Shown one piece after another: positions 11,850 through 23,549 of a DNA stretch of 64,000 nucleotides. Source of the stretch: Chiloscyllium plagiosum. Lineage: Eukaryota. The notes below the pieces were generated by a model. It saw nothing but the letters and a program-made list of their open reading frames with translations. It did not search any database and was not told the origin of the DNA. The translations under genes were made by a program, and so were the position numbers. Each line of letters begins with the position of its first letter. Positions within the stretch are counted from its first letter, which is position 1. The stretch spans positions 46,093,897 to 46,157,896 of the forward strand of contig NC_057718.1 of NCBI RefSeq assembly GCF_004010195.1. Direction: 5' to 3'.

Positions 11850-12540
11850 CTCTCAGAAGGCCATGCTCATAGTCTTCACAGACAATTTCTCCTACCTCAG
11901 CCTGAGCTGGGAGCATTGCCTATGAAGGGTATGATTCACCAAGGAGATAGTCACAGAACTGTGTCACTTCCTCCAGCCAGGCCCACAGCCATAGAGCAGG
12001 ACAAGGACTGTTATGTTAGTGACTGTTAAGGTTCCAAGCCCTCAGAGTACTTCCATCCCAAAACTGGCAGCATGATCAATACCTCTTGGTTTATCGTCCA
12101 TCACTGTATAAAGGAGGTCTCGGAGATCCTGTACATGAGGAGTCAGGAATTCAATGTCTTCTCTCTAAGAGCGGAGAGGAGAAGGAGTGGCTATGTGGCT
12201 TTGCCAGGGTAGTGGAATTTAATGGTGCACAGAGCCTCCCTCAACAGAGACAAGTACTGCAACCTCAAAGGCTTCCAGTCCCTTAATAAACCTTTGATGG
12301 GCGACCATGCACGGAGAATCATGTTGGAGAATACTTGTTACACTAGCAGCATTTCCCAGCTTTAACCCAGCACCAGCCAGCTGTTCCTACCGTCTGCATA
12401 GCATCCCAATAATGAGAGGGTTTACTGCTTGGTGACGAGAGCTACCTGGTCTGCATGTTGTTCATGACTCCCCTCCATTCCCTGACCACATGCAGACAGC
12501 ACTCGTCATGCAAAGGCCAGACTGCAGCCACGTTGATGAA
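11850..12540 (+). mobile_element. PIF/Harbinger (HARBI1-like) transposase relic
   Basis: Ordered degenerate motifs across frameshifts: FSYLSLSWEHCL*RV*FTKEIVTELCHFLQP; TRT...VTVKV; VHHCIKEV...LY.R..EF; GFARVVEF; QSLN..L.GDHARRIM; GLLLGDESY....FMTP. Confidence 0.75.
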
Positions 12541-13538
12541 TGAATGTCTATTGTCCAGGCAGAAGCTGGGAAGGTTGGCATTCTAAGGAAACAATTTCAC
12601 TACCTGACCATTCAGGGGGAATTCTATAGCATTCAGCAGGCAGTGTTTCCAAATTTGATGTGATCTGGTGATTTGACACAATGTGACAATATTGAGGGCA
12701 CGCTCCAGCTATTTTGCCTTCAATGAGTGCCTCTGGAGGAAAAAGGAAAGAAAAGAGAAGAAAAGGATGAAATATCCAGTACATTATCAGTACAGGCAGA
12801 TTATTTGTAAATGGCTTATAAATACTGCTTCTCTTGAAAACATCCCAAAAATGCTGATGCTCCACAATCCCCCATCTTTCCTGCTCTCTGCTCAAGACAA
12901 TCCCTGATCAAAGTCCTGATAAAAAAAATCACAAACCAACTATTCCCTAGCAACTTTATCCAACTGGACTTCCAATATTACATATAACACTCCGCTATTC
13001 ACAATTAAGATTTACTTTTTGATTAGGCATTTTTGTTTGGCCTGACCCTCCCACCAATTAAGGCAATCGGTCATGCAGGATGCTCTCAATCAGCGGTGGA
13101 CCTTAAGTGCCCAGCTTGAGACTTCACCAATTCAGCATGCATGGTTGCAGTCTAGGCAGACTGACAACAGCATTGGCAGTGGTGGGAGGGCAGATGTTGT
13201 CATTCTGGGAGAGAACACCTTTACCAAGACAGCTCTTCATCAATTCCGATAATCTGCTGCAGCACAGATTGCTGAACAGCTGCCATGGAAAAGCATTGTT
13301 GCAGCTACTAGGAGTACAGGCATTTGGTCTGTATGCATGGTCACACACCAACAGTACGCAAAAGATGTGAAATCCTTTGCAAGTTGCAATCCCTTTCCCC
13401 GTTAATATTTGCCACCCACAGAGACACTTGCGACTGTCAATGGCTCTGTGCACCATGGGGAATTTCACTACCCTGGAGCATGGAGCCAATGTTCCTGCTT
13501 CACTCCGTTTAGAAAAGAGACAATGAAATCCCATCACG

Positions 13539-14894
13539 GGATACAGAACTGGCTCGAAGGTAGAAGACAGAGAGTGGGGGTGAGGTTTTGCTTTACAAAC
13601 TGGAGCCTGTGACCAGTGGAGTGCCACAAGGATCGGTGCTGGGTCCACTGCTTTTCGTCATTTATATAAATGATTTATTTGTGAACATAGGTATAGTTAG
13701 TAAGTTTGCAGATGACACCAACATTGGCGGTGTAGTGGACAGCAAAGAAGATTACCTCAGAGTACAATGGGATCTTGATCAGATGGGACAATGGGCTGAG
13801 GAGTGGCAGATAGAATTTAATTTAGATAAATGTGAGATGCTGCATTTTGAAAAAGCAGATCACAGCAGGACTTATATACTTAATGATAAGGTCCTGGGGA
13901 GCTTTGCCTAACAAAGAAACCTTGGAGTTCATAGTTCCTTGAAAGTAGAGTCAAAGTTGGATAGGATAGTGAAGAAGGCGTTTGGTATGCTTTCCTTTAT
14001 TGGCCAGAACACTGCATATAGTAGTTGGGAGGTCATGTTGTGGCTATACAGGACATTGGTTAGGCCGCTTTTGGAATATTGCATGCAATTCTGGTCTCCT
14101 TCCTATCCGAAGGATGTAGTGAAACTTGAAAGGGTTCAGAAAAGATTTGCAAGGATGTTTTGCAGGGTTGGAGAATTTGAGCTATAAGGAAAGGCTAAAT
14201 AGGTTGTTTTCCCTGGAGCATCGGAGGTTGACGGGTGACCTTACAGACGTTTATAAAATCATGAGGGGCATGGATAAGATAAGTAGACAAGGTCTTTTCC
14301 CTGGGGTGGGGAAGTCCAGAACTAAGGACATAGGTTTAGGGTGAGAGGGGAAAATTTAAAAGAGACCTAAGGGGCAATCTTTTCACGCAGAAGGTGGTGC
14401 ATGTATGGATTGAGCTGCCAGAGGATGTGGTGGAGTCTAGTACAATTGCTGCATTTAAAAGGTATCTGGATAGGTATATGAATAGGAAGGGTTTCGATGG
14501 ATATGGGCCAGGTGCTGTCAAATGGGACTAGATTAGGTTGGGATATCTAGTCGACATGGACAAGTTGGACCGAAGGGTCTGCTTAGATTAGATTCCCTAC
14601 AGTGTGGGAACAGACCCTTCAGCCAACAAGTCCACACCAAACCCACCTAGACTCATTTCCCTGTGACTAATGGACCTAACACTATGGGTCATTTAGAATA
14701 GCCAATTCACCTGACCTGCACATATTTGGACTGTGGAGGAAACCCATGCAGACACAGGGAGAATATGCAAACTCCATACAGACAGTTGCCCGAGGCCGGA
14801 TCGAACCTGGGTCTCTGGTGTTGTGAGGCAGTAGTGCTAACCACTGAGCCACCATGGTGTACATCTGTGCTGTACATCTCTATGACTCTATGAC
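13539..14894 (+). mobile_element. 5'-truncated CR1/HER1-type LINE (RT C-terminal half to tail)
   Basis: VTSGVPQGSVLGPLLFVIYINDL...SKFADDT...LDQMGQWAEEWQIEFNLDKCE; RPLLEYCMQFWSP; tail TGTACATCTCTATGACTCTATGAC. Confidence 0.96.
14582..14856 (-). mobile_element. HE1-type SINE inserted antisense into the CR1 3' tail
   Basis: Minus strand CATGGTGGCTCAGTGGTTAGCACTACTGCCTCAC...GGTTCGATCC (A and B boxes), with tail GGGAATCTAATCTAA. Confidence 0.93.
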
Positions 14895-17800
14895 ACTTCA
14901 TGTACAGCGTCTTCATCCCCCTCCTTGGTGTTTTAGTGAATGGCAAAACCAAGTTTCCTGGTCCTTTGACCAAATGTGATGCCTCATGTCCTTTTCAGCT
15001 TCTGGATTAAGGCTACTACACTACTGCATTGATCTGTCTCTCTGGCCTGCTGTCCTGATCCTTGTGAGAGACAGTTTCTAAAACAGTTCTTTTCTCCGAC
15101 AGTTGCAACATGGTATTGCCAGAATGCAGCTTCTCTTCAAGTGGTGCAAGCTCACTTTAACTTGAGGCAGCTCTGCGCCAGGATTTCCTGCTAAACATGT
15201 CATCACACAGCAACATGTCTAGGTCCATGCTGTATGCCGCACCTTATGGAGGTGAATAGATTGTATCTAGTTTGTCTGTTAAATCGTACATCGTGATTCT
15301 TGACGATGGAGCATATGTATTGAACGTTTAACCTTATGGCTGCCACTCCACTGAGAAGCCCACCAATCCAGAGGAAGATGTCATACTGTAAGTTTAAGCA
15401 TCTTCTTATAGTTCCACATCTGAAAATGCCTTACAACTTGGCAGGTGGATGTGGGAGAAAGGGCAATTATTGTACACAATGCTTCAAAATAGTCCATCCT
15501 GGAGAATTATTAAGTTTCCAACTTGGGTTTGTCACATGATGAACATCCCCCCAAAAATAGTGTTTATATAGGCGCACTTGGCCTTGCCCTTGAACAAGTT
15601 TTATCCATTTGCACCCAGATTTGAGCTCCAAGTGCTGCATTAATCTTCAATTAGAAATAATTAGACTGGTCGGCAGACTACTGTTCATAACATTGAAATC
15701 TTTGTTGAAATCTGATATACAACCTGATTGGAAGCGACCATCCTGTAGCAGGAACTCTGAAGCTGCAGTGCTAAAGGGAGCAGTGCTGTCCACATGTTTC
15801 TGAACACTCCCTTTTATGGTGAGCTGTATGCATTTTAAATCACAGCCAGTGTACGTTTTTCTCCTTGCCAGCCAAGTGTGCTGCAGGCCAAGTTTCATTG
15901 CAGCCTGTCAAAATAGTGGACAGAGCTAATATTGGAAAATTGAGTGCATTCCATTTCCCTCCACATTCTCCCCTGCTACATGTGTTCATGACTTGGATGC
16001 ACTTAATATTTTAACCATCACAAGACCATTTAGCAAGGATTAGAAAATTTGTTCCTGAAGTGTCGAACCTTCCTAACAGCCGGCCTCTTGTGAATCCTTA
16101 TTGTGTGTTGTACTCACTGACACCCCAAACTGTATGTGTAGTTAAAAAATAATGAAATACAGTCTGGTAAGTTACTGATGATGAAATATCCCACAGAATA
16201 AATGGGAAGTCTATTAATAATGATTTCCCATTAATCAGCAGGTTGGAAGAAATATCAAGCAGCAAGTGAGCAATACAAAATTAAAACACACAGGGTTTTA
16301 TTTTCCCCAAAATGAGCTTTTCGGAAACAGCAGCTATCTAAAAAAAAAAGCACAGTTTTCTCAAAATCTCTTCTGGCTGTGATTTGACTATCTCAAAATG
16401 ATCAGACAGAGTAGAGAAAAAATAGTGCATCCATGCTATAAAACTCTACCATTCTGAAAAGAAGTTGCTATACTTATTATTAAAAAGAACATTTAGTAGC
16501 AATCTTTTGAATTAAGCACAGCTGTACGATCTGTTGTCCATTTGGAGCAAATATCACAAGATTGTCTTGCTCGATCTGCAATTTTTCACCACGTAATAGT
16601 TATTAAGTCATGGGCGTGCACATAATTTCTTAATTAATCCGTGCTTTCATCAGGCTGGAATCTGCAACAAAAGAGTACAATCAAAATATTGGCCTTTCAC
16701 TTTAGAAATGCCTCTATTCCACAAATGGCACTTGATGTTCTGATTCAGCTCCAGACATTTCCCTGGGCCTTCACCTGGCTGCTAGGAGTCCTATTTCCTG
16801 TTGACACGCTCTGTGCATGTGAGAGAAATGCAATATTCATAACGCACCATGGCAACATGTGTCCCATGACAACCAGGCTGATAATTGACAAATAGCAATT
16901 GTGAGGCATCGACAACAGAAAAACCCATCAAAAATGAAACAATTATCTTTTGTCACTATTTTATATAGCTTCAGCCATTACTTAAGGATTCTGAACTAAT
17001 GATATTGTTCAGAAAGAATTTTTTTGCATCAGTGAAGAGTACTGATGATTGCGCCAGGGCTGGAGGGAAATGCTTATGAGTTTGAACATTGCATTTAGAA
17101 TCAGTCAGGCCCAAAAAATGGTAAATGACCATCTGTTCAAGGTGCTGGTCATTGGATATTCATCAGTAAGAATAACATCTCTGCTGGAACATTACGCCAA
17201 CTTCAACAGAAAGTACAAATCTACTGTGTGAAGTAAAGAATAAGAACAATTCTTTCTTGTGGTCCTGCAGATGACAGAGAAAAAGACAGAAGACTTTGAG
17301 GAAACCGAGACATAAACAAAGGAAACATTTGCATCTTGAGTAAATTTGTTAATCTACAGTAAAAGGCAGAGCAGAAAAATGTATTGTGAATCATTTCAGA
17401 GAAAAGAGTATTTGGAAATCAGAATAGAAATTGTTTCTTGAATCTGATCAAAAATGCCTCTAAATAATATTGTGAATGGAGTAGGTAATTTTTATATACT
17501 AGATCACTTAAGTCAACATTTAAAGCTTTGTAAAATTCTTCCACAATTTATGCAATGAGTATAAAATGTCAATTACCAGTGCTAGGCTAATGGTCACCCT
17601 TTTGAAATGTACAGGCATATTTTAGACTCCTGTGCATCTTCTTGGCAACATAGCTTGTTTGCCTGCTTGATTCCATGTGCTGCATGGTCTGCATACAACC
17701 TTAAACGTGTATTTCTAAGGTGAAGAATTAAGTTCAAACCCTAATGTGAGTAGCCCGAAACATGCACTTACTCGCTGAAAATTGTGGTTGGGGGTAGGGG

Positions 17801-18788
17801 TGGCAGGTGTGGGTATATGCCAAATTTAGTCCTAAACATATATACAGTCATCTTACACACTGTATTAAGTTGTACGCTGCAATCTACAGTACCTTGGACT
17901 TTCTGATGGGGCATGAACCAGATGACAAGAATTGAAGGACTCATGCCCGGTTCTATGATTAGACAATTTCACTAACGCATGTTACTTTCCAAGTAAACTT
18001 TCGTAAAGTAAGGAGTTAATGCTCACTTAAGAAAATAGTATGCTACATCTGTAGTGAAGTAAGAAATCATCTGATAGAGCAACTCTGAAGAAACATGTTA
18101 GGTCTAGTACTATGTACAATGTGCTGGATGCTGAGAATAACCTTTGGAGAAGGAGCCAATTCTTAGGAATCCAGCAGTACTTGACTTGGACTCATTGGGC
18201 TGAATAGCATTTATCTGTTCACTAATGACTCTACGGCTGGAAATTAATGCCCATTCCTAAGATGTGTTTGGAACTGGAAGGTTGGGGGAATTGGTCATGT
18301 GATTGGATGAGTGTGTGCAGAATATTGCATCTTCCTCTAATTAAATCTAAGTATTGTGGGGTGGCCTTTCTGCCCCGGAGGAGAATTCAGACCATTAATT
18401 GGCAGCAAACCCTGTCAAGAGCCCAACAGCAGGGCTCCTTTTGTCAGTCAGGAACTCTATTCTGCTGTATTCTGTTGGACTCCCAGAGGTTGAGTAGGTG
18501 AGGTTGCCATCAGATTTCTTAGGAAATGATGAGTTCCCTACCACCCACATTAATTTTTGCCTTATGACAACACTGTTTATCAGATAAATAATGTAAAATA
18601 TCAACTTTCATTCTAATATGTGTGTTACTAGTTCCCTCAAGACTTATATTTCAGCAAGGTATATGTAAAGCCTACAACTTATAACAAATTCTTGAAGCAC
18701 TGACTGACTTTGAAGATTTGTAAACATCAAATCATCACAACGTACCTGCATAATTTGCAACCACTTACTGGCACAAAGAATAGGAATT

Positions 18789-19210
18789 TTAGATTCATTT
18801 GTGGGGTGTGGATGTCCCTGGCTGGACCAGGATTTATTCACCCATCCCTCATTACCCTTGAGAACATGGTGGTGAGCTGTTTTCTTGAACCATTGCAATT
18901 CATTTGCTGGAGGTTTGGGAGGGAGTTCCAGAATGTTGACTGAGTGACAGTGAAGGTATATTTGCAAGGGAAGGTGGTGAGTGGTTTGGAGATGAATTTG
19001 CAGGGAGAAGTGTCCTATCTATCTGCTGCCCTTGTCCTTCTAGATAGTAATGATCATGGGTTTGAAATATGTTGCCTAAGGAGTCTTGGTGAATTTCTGC
19101 AGTGCATCTTGCAGATGGTACACACAGCAGCTATTGGTCATGATGGTGGACGGTATGAATGATTGTGGAGGCGGTGCCAAATCAGGCTGCTTTGACCTGG
19201 CAGGTGTTAA
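18789..19210 (-). mobile_element. 3' end of a second CR1/L2-group LINE family
   Basis: Minus strand encodes AVCTICKMHCRNSPRLLRQHI...RRTRAAD... and LQWFKKTAHHHVLKGN. Homologous copies at 21420-21935 (+), 27590-27800 (-), 34190-34600 (+), 43540-43690 (-) and 55640-56160 (+). Confidence 0.75.
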
Positions 19211-19772
19211 ACCACCTACAAATGGACCCCAACACTACAGATATATTTCCCTCCCCACCCCTATCCGCTTTCTGCAAAGACCATTCTCTCCATGACTATC
19301 TGGTCAGGTCCACGCCCCCCTCCCCCCCCAACAACTCGCCCTCCCCTCCAGGCACCCTNNNNNNNNNNNNNNNNNNNNNNNNNNNNNNNNNNNCCCTCCC
19401 ACTCTGCTGAGGACATGCAAGTCCTGGGCCTCCTCCACCGTCACTCCCTCACCACCTGACGCCGGGAGGAAGAATGCCTCATCTTCCACCTCAGAATACT
19501 TCAACCCCAGGGCATCAATGTGGACTTCACCAGTTTCCTTATTTCCCCTCCCCCCACCTTACCCCAGTTCCAACCTTCCAGCTCAGCACCATCATCATGA
19601 CCTGTCCTACCTGACAATCCCTCTTCCCACCTATCTGCTCCACTCTCCTCTCCGACCTTTCACCTTCATCCCCACCTCCATCCACCTATTGCACTCTTAG
19701 TTACCTTCTCCCAGCCTCACCCCCCTCCCATTTATCTCTCCTCCGCAGAGGCTCTCTGCCTCATTCCTGATG
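19211..19772 (+). mobile_element. Penelope-like element 3' portion (contains a 35-N gap at 19359-19393)
   Basis: HLQMDPNTTDIFPSPPLSAFCKDHSLHDYLVRSTP...PSHSAEDMQVLGLLH...EEECLIFHL..LQPQGINVDFTSF. A C-rich UTR ends at CCTGATG, a truncated hammerhead core. Confidence 0.9.
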
Positions 19773-20066
19773 TTAGACCTTAAGACCATAAGGAATAAGA
19801 AGAGGAGTGAGATGTTCAGACCCTTAATTGTGTCAGGGTTGATCTGACATTCCTCATGTCCACATTCCTGCCTTGATTCCCTGACTGATCAAGAATCTAT
19901 CTATCTCAGCCTTAAATATGCACAAAGACTATGCCCCCTCAGCTCTCTGTGGCAAGAAGTTCCAAAGATACATAGTCCTCTGAGAGAAGAAATTCCTCCT
20001 TATCTCAGTTGTACATTTGCTCCCACTTTATTATGAGATGATGTCCTGTAGTCCTAGATTCTCTGG
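19773..20066 (-). mobile_element. CR1 3'-end fragment
   Basis: TAAGACCATAAG tail repeat, GATCAAGAATCTATCTATCTCAGCCTTAAATAT, and CTCTGAGAGAAGAAATTCCTCCTTATCTCAGT (antisense of TE.RRNFFSQR). Confidence 0.8.
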
Positions 20067-20083
20067 TCACACGTCTGTCCTAC

Positions 20084-20361
20084 GTCATAGAATCCCTACA
20101 TTGTGGAATCAGGCCATTTGGCCCAACAAGTCCACTGACCCTCCAAAGAGTATCCCATCCAGACCCATTCCCCTATTACTCTACATTTCCCCTGATAAAC
20201 ACACCTAACCTCCACATTTCTGAACACTATGGGCAAGTTAATACGGCCAATTCACCTAACCTGCACATCTTTGGACTGTGGGAGAAAACGGCAGCTCCCG
20301 GAGGAAGCCCACACAGATACAGGGACAATGTGCAAACTCCATACAGACAGTCACCTGAGGC
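20084..20361 (-). mobile_element. HE1-type SINE, 5'-truncated (tRNA head missing)
   Basis: Body GGCCAATTCACCTAACCTGCACATCTTTGGACTGTGGGAG...GTGCAAACTCCATACAGACAGTCACCTGAGGC, as in the other HE1 copies. Confidence 0.9.
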
Positions 20362-21019
20362 ATGTATACATTTCTAAAAGTCTTCACATGTCAAGTGTAT
20401 TTCTTTGCTTGCATCATAATGTGGAGCATGATATCACAAATTACATTTCTCCTTGAAAATATATTATAATGATTCAAAGCTTCAGAAATAAGAAATTAAA
20501 TCCTTAAGAAATGGAGACAACACCCTCAACTCAACTTACATTTGCCATCTGTACAGCAGTTGGCCCTGTTTTGGAGAGACTGTGATATCACATTTAAATC
20601 AAGCTCCCAATGTACATTTTGAGGCATAATTTAAATTTAATTGCTGCTCTGCATGTTTCCCAGCATTCAGAAAACCAGAATGAAAAATGTAGATGTCTTC
20701 TGCTAGCTCCAGGAGGTCAGTGCTTGCCATAGCCCTCCTTGTGAGGCAGGATCGAGAAGCAGGAGGTCTCCCCTTGAACTCTCAGGCATGCACTGATTGG
20801 ATCTCTCACTTGTTCATGTGTTCAGCTTCCTCCCTCACCAAATGGAAGTCTGCATAGTGATTGCAGAGACTTCTCACAACTGATAGCTAACCTCTGATGG
20901 TCAGCAAAGGTCTGCAAGTAGCTAGTTCGCCTTTCTGTCAGCTGAAGTCTGCCGGATAGTTCAGTTGTAGTGCGTTTTACGAAAAGAGGCCAAATGAATT
21001 GGCAATTTCTCCCAGGCAG

Positions 21020-21249
21020 GTAAAAACAATGACTGAAGATGCTGGAAACCAGATTCTGGAGTAGAGTGGTTCTGGAAAAGCACAGCAGTTCAGGCAGCAT
21101 CCGAGAAGCAGGAAAATCAACGCTTCGGGCAAAGCCCTTCATCAGAAATACAGTTGTATTCCTGATGAAGGGCTTTTGCCCGAAATGTCGATTTTCCTGC
21201 TTCTCGGATGCTCCCTGAACTGCTGTGCTTTTCCAGCACCACTCTGCTC
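21020..21249. mobile_element. Penelope-derived fold-back cassette with two inverted hammerhead motifs
   Basis: Inverted arms of about 95 bp (21057-21152 / 21155-21251). Plus core CUGAUGA-A-GGGC UUUU GCCC-GAAA-UG-UC at 21162-21189; the minus core has GAAG instead of GAAA. TSD CAATTTCTCCCAGGCAG (21003-21019) / CAATTTCTCTCAGGTAG (21250-21266). Confidence 0.9.
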
Positions 21250-21419
21250 CAATTTCTCTCAGGTAGCCAAGAATCTAATAAATTTAAGATGAGATAACAT
21301 TTTCCCTGGAAAATAATTTCCAAAGTCATGTTTACTTTTTAACCCAAAAAGTCATGAAACCGATAGTAATTATAGTATATAGTTCACTAATTATAAATAT
21401 TATTTACTGATGGTTACTC

Positions 21420-21935
21420 AGCATATAGTTCCATTCACCATGGTTCACATAATAAAGTAATACATGTCTGCCTGCAACATGACCTGGACAACACCCAGGC
21501 TTGGGCTGATAATTACAAGTAGCATTTGTCATGTGACAAACAGGTACCATCTTGAACAAAGAAGAGCTAACTACCTCCACATGACATTCAATAGTCAATC
21601 CATCCCTGAATACTTTACCCAGCAATATTCCAGATGCCATCATTGATCAGAAATTCAACTGGACTAGCTATACAACTGGTGTGGCTCAAGCAGCCCAGAC
21701 TTTGAGTAGACTGCAGTGAATGGCATCCCCATCTGACTGATTTACTCTACTATCTATAAGCAACAGTGAGAGGTGTGGTGTAATGTTTGTTCAATTCTCT
21801 GGTCGGTGCATCAACAACAACACTCAAAAAATATAGCACCGTCCAGGACCATTTGATCAGCTCCTAATCCACCTCCTTAACCATTTACTCCCTTGACTAT
21901 TGCCACACCCTGACTCCAAGCAGTACTATCTACAA
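21420..21935 (+). mobile_element. Degenerate CR1/L2-group LINE fragment (second family)
   Basis: CTGCAACATGACCTGGACAACACCCAGGCTTGGGCTGATAA (LQ.DLDN.QAWAD), CATTGATCAGAAATTCAACTGGACTAGC and TACTATCTATAAG; colinear with the copy at 55640-56160. Confidence 0.65.
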
Positions 21936-21949
21936 CAGTGGGTTCATTT

Positions 21950-22440
21950 AGGTGGGGCAATAGAATGGCATCTCATCTTTCACTTGGGGATCCTGCAGCT
22001 TCTAAGACTCAACATTGAGTTTTCTTACCCACTCCCACAACCTGGTCTTGTCATGACATGGGTTGTTTTCAGCATAAACAAACCATTCTCACTCAACTCT
22101 TAGTTCCATTGTCACATCACATAGATTGCTTTTCGTACAGCCTACCATTCTTTCCTATTCTTTGCACTCATTATCACTTACTCAGCTTCTCTTCTGTACT
22201 GACCTACTATCAATAATCCCCTAGTCTGCCCACCCCTTTCATATATCTATCTCTCTCTTCTCTGGGCTCCTTCTCCAAATCTCTGCTCACTTCTTTCCAC
22301 ACCCCTACCCCTTTATAATATCACTTTTTCCTAGCTGCTATTGGTTCTGCCGATGAGTCATTAGACTCAAAACATTAAATCTGCTTTCTCTGCATGGATG
22401 CTTCCAGATCTGCTGAGTTTCTCCAGCAATTTTGTTTCTA
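21950..22440 (+). mobile_element. Old Penelope-like element 3' end
   Basis: EWHLIFHLGILQLLRLNIEF (GIY-YIG C-terminus), a pyrimidine-rich UTR, and a decayed hammerhead/terminal sequence GGTTCTGCCGATGAGTCATTAGACTCAAAACATTAA...GATCTGCTGAGTTTCTCCAGCA. Confidence 0.8.
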
Positions 22441-23549
22441 TTACTTAAATATTATGCTATACATGCTGAAATTTTGTTAACATGGACAAGGAGGTGGGAA
22501 TTGGAAAGCCTTTATTAAAAAACAGAACTGATTAAAAGGTGGGAAGGAAGTAAAGAGGTATGTACTTTGGGGAGATGTTTGTCATTTCCCACTGGGCATG
22601 ACAACCAGACCTTACATCCCTCACATCCTCTCCAATTCCTCTGCAGTCCTCACTTTCTCCAATTCCTTCTCTGTCCACTATCTCTTACTGATCACTTTCT
22701 GTGGTTCCATCTTGGCCCATTCCAGGGCCCACGTGAAGTCACAGCAGTGACCACTGGTCAAGTTGGCTGGCACATCTCCAAGGGAAGGTCTTTTAACTGA
22801 AGGATAAAAATCTAATTCTCGTTTTCTTCAGGCCACCCACAGCTTATTACAGCTGCAAAATGACTATGATGGAGGGTTCAGGATCACAATTTATTCTGGG
22901 GCAGAAAGCAGTACAATTTAGCCTACAGCCTCCATTAGCTGGAACAGTGATACATCAGGTACATGGAAGACTATCACATCCATGCATCCTTGCTCCTGCT
23001 CTAGCTTATGTATCATTCCAGCTTAAAGTAACATCATTATTTCTTCATTGCCATTGGGTCAAAATCCTGGGATTCCTCACATTATACAAATATCATTAAA
23101 AACATTATCTCAATTGACATATGGCTTAAGTGTGTAAAATGTTGATGGTGGAAGTACCATTATCTCAGTAAAAGATTTGTAAAATTACAACGTTTTATCA
23201 ATGTGATTATCTAAAAATCTTCTTAATGTACGTTTTCCTCATTTCATGTTTGAATATTGCGGGTTAAACAAGTTAAGAAAAATTGGTTAAAGACTTACTT
23301 GCTCTATGTCTTGACTCCTGTTTGTGCAGTGTTCTCCTGCAAGCCCATTTGGAGAAACATATTTGTACTTTGTACAGTAATTACATGACCTCAGATGCAG
23401 TTATTTTCTGTTTAGAGGCATTGGCCATTAAAACCTGAAAATAGCACATAGATTCCAAACTTTGCAGGTGAATCTGTGTACATTTTGAGAAATGTAAGAG
23501 AGCCAGTTACTATAACAAACAGCAAGGAATAATTAACCTCAGTTTGCAA

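Larger units (their letters stand above)
13100..15180 (-). mobile_element. Second Harbinger transposase relic, split by a CR1 insertion
   Basis: ORF 13124..13648 has SRVVKFPMVHRAIDS...CKGFHIFCVLLVCDHAYR.NACTPSSCNNAF (compare GFPxVxGAIDC...NRKGFHSxNVQLVCD...PGSxHDAF). The upstream part FAIH...KTLYMK resumes at 14895-14950 on the other side of the CR1. Outer limits are approximate. Confidence 0.7.
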
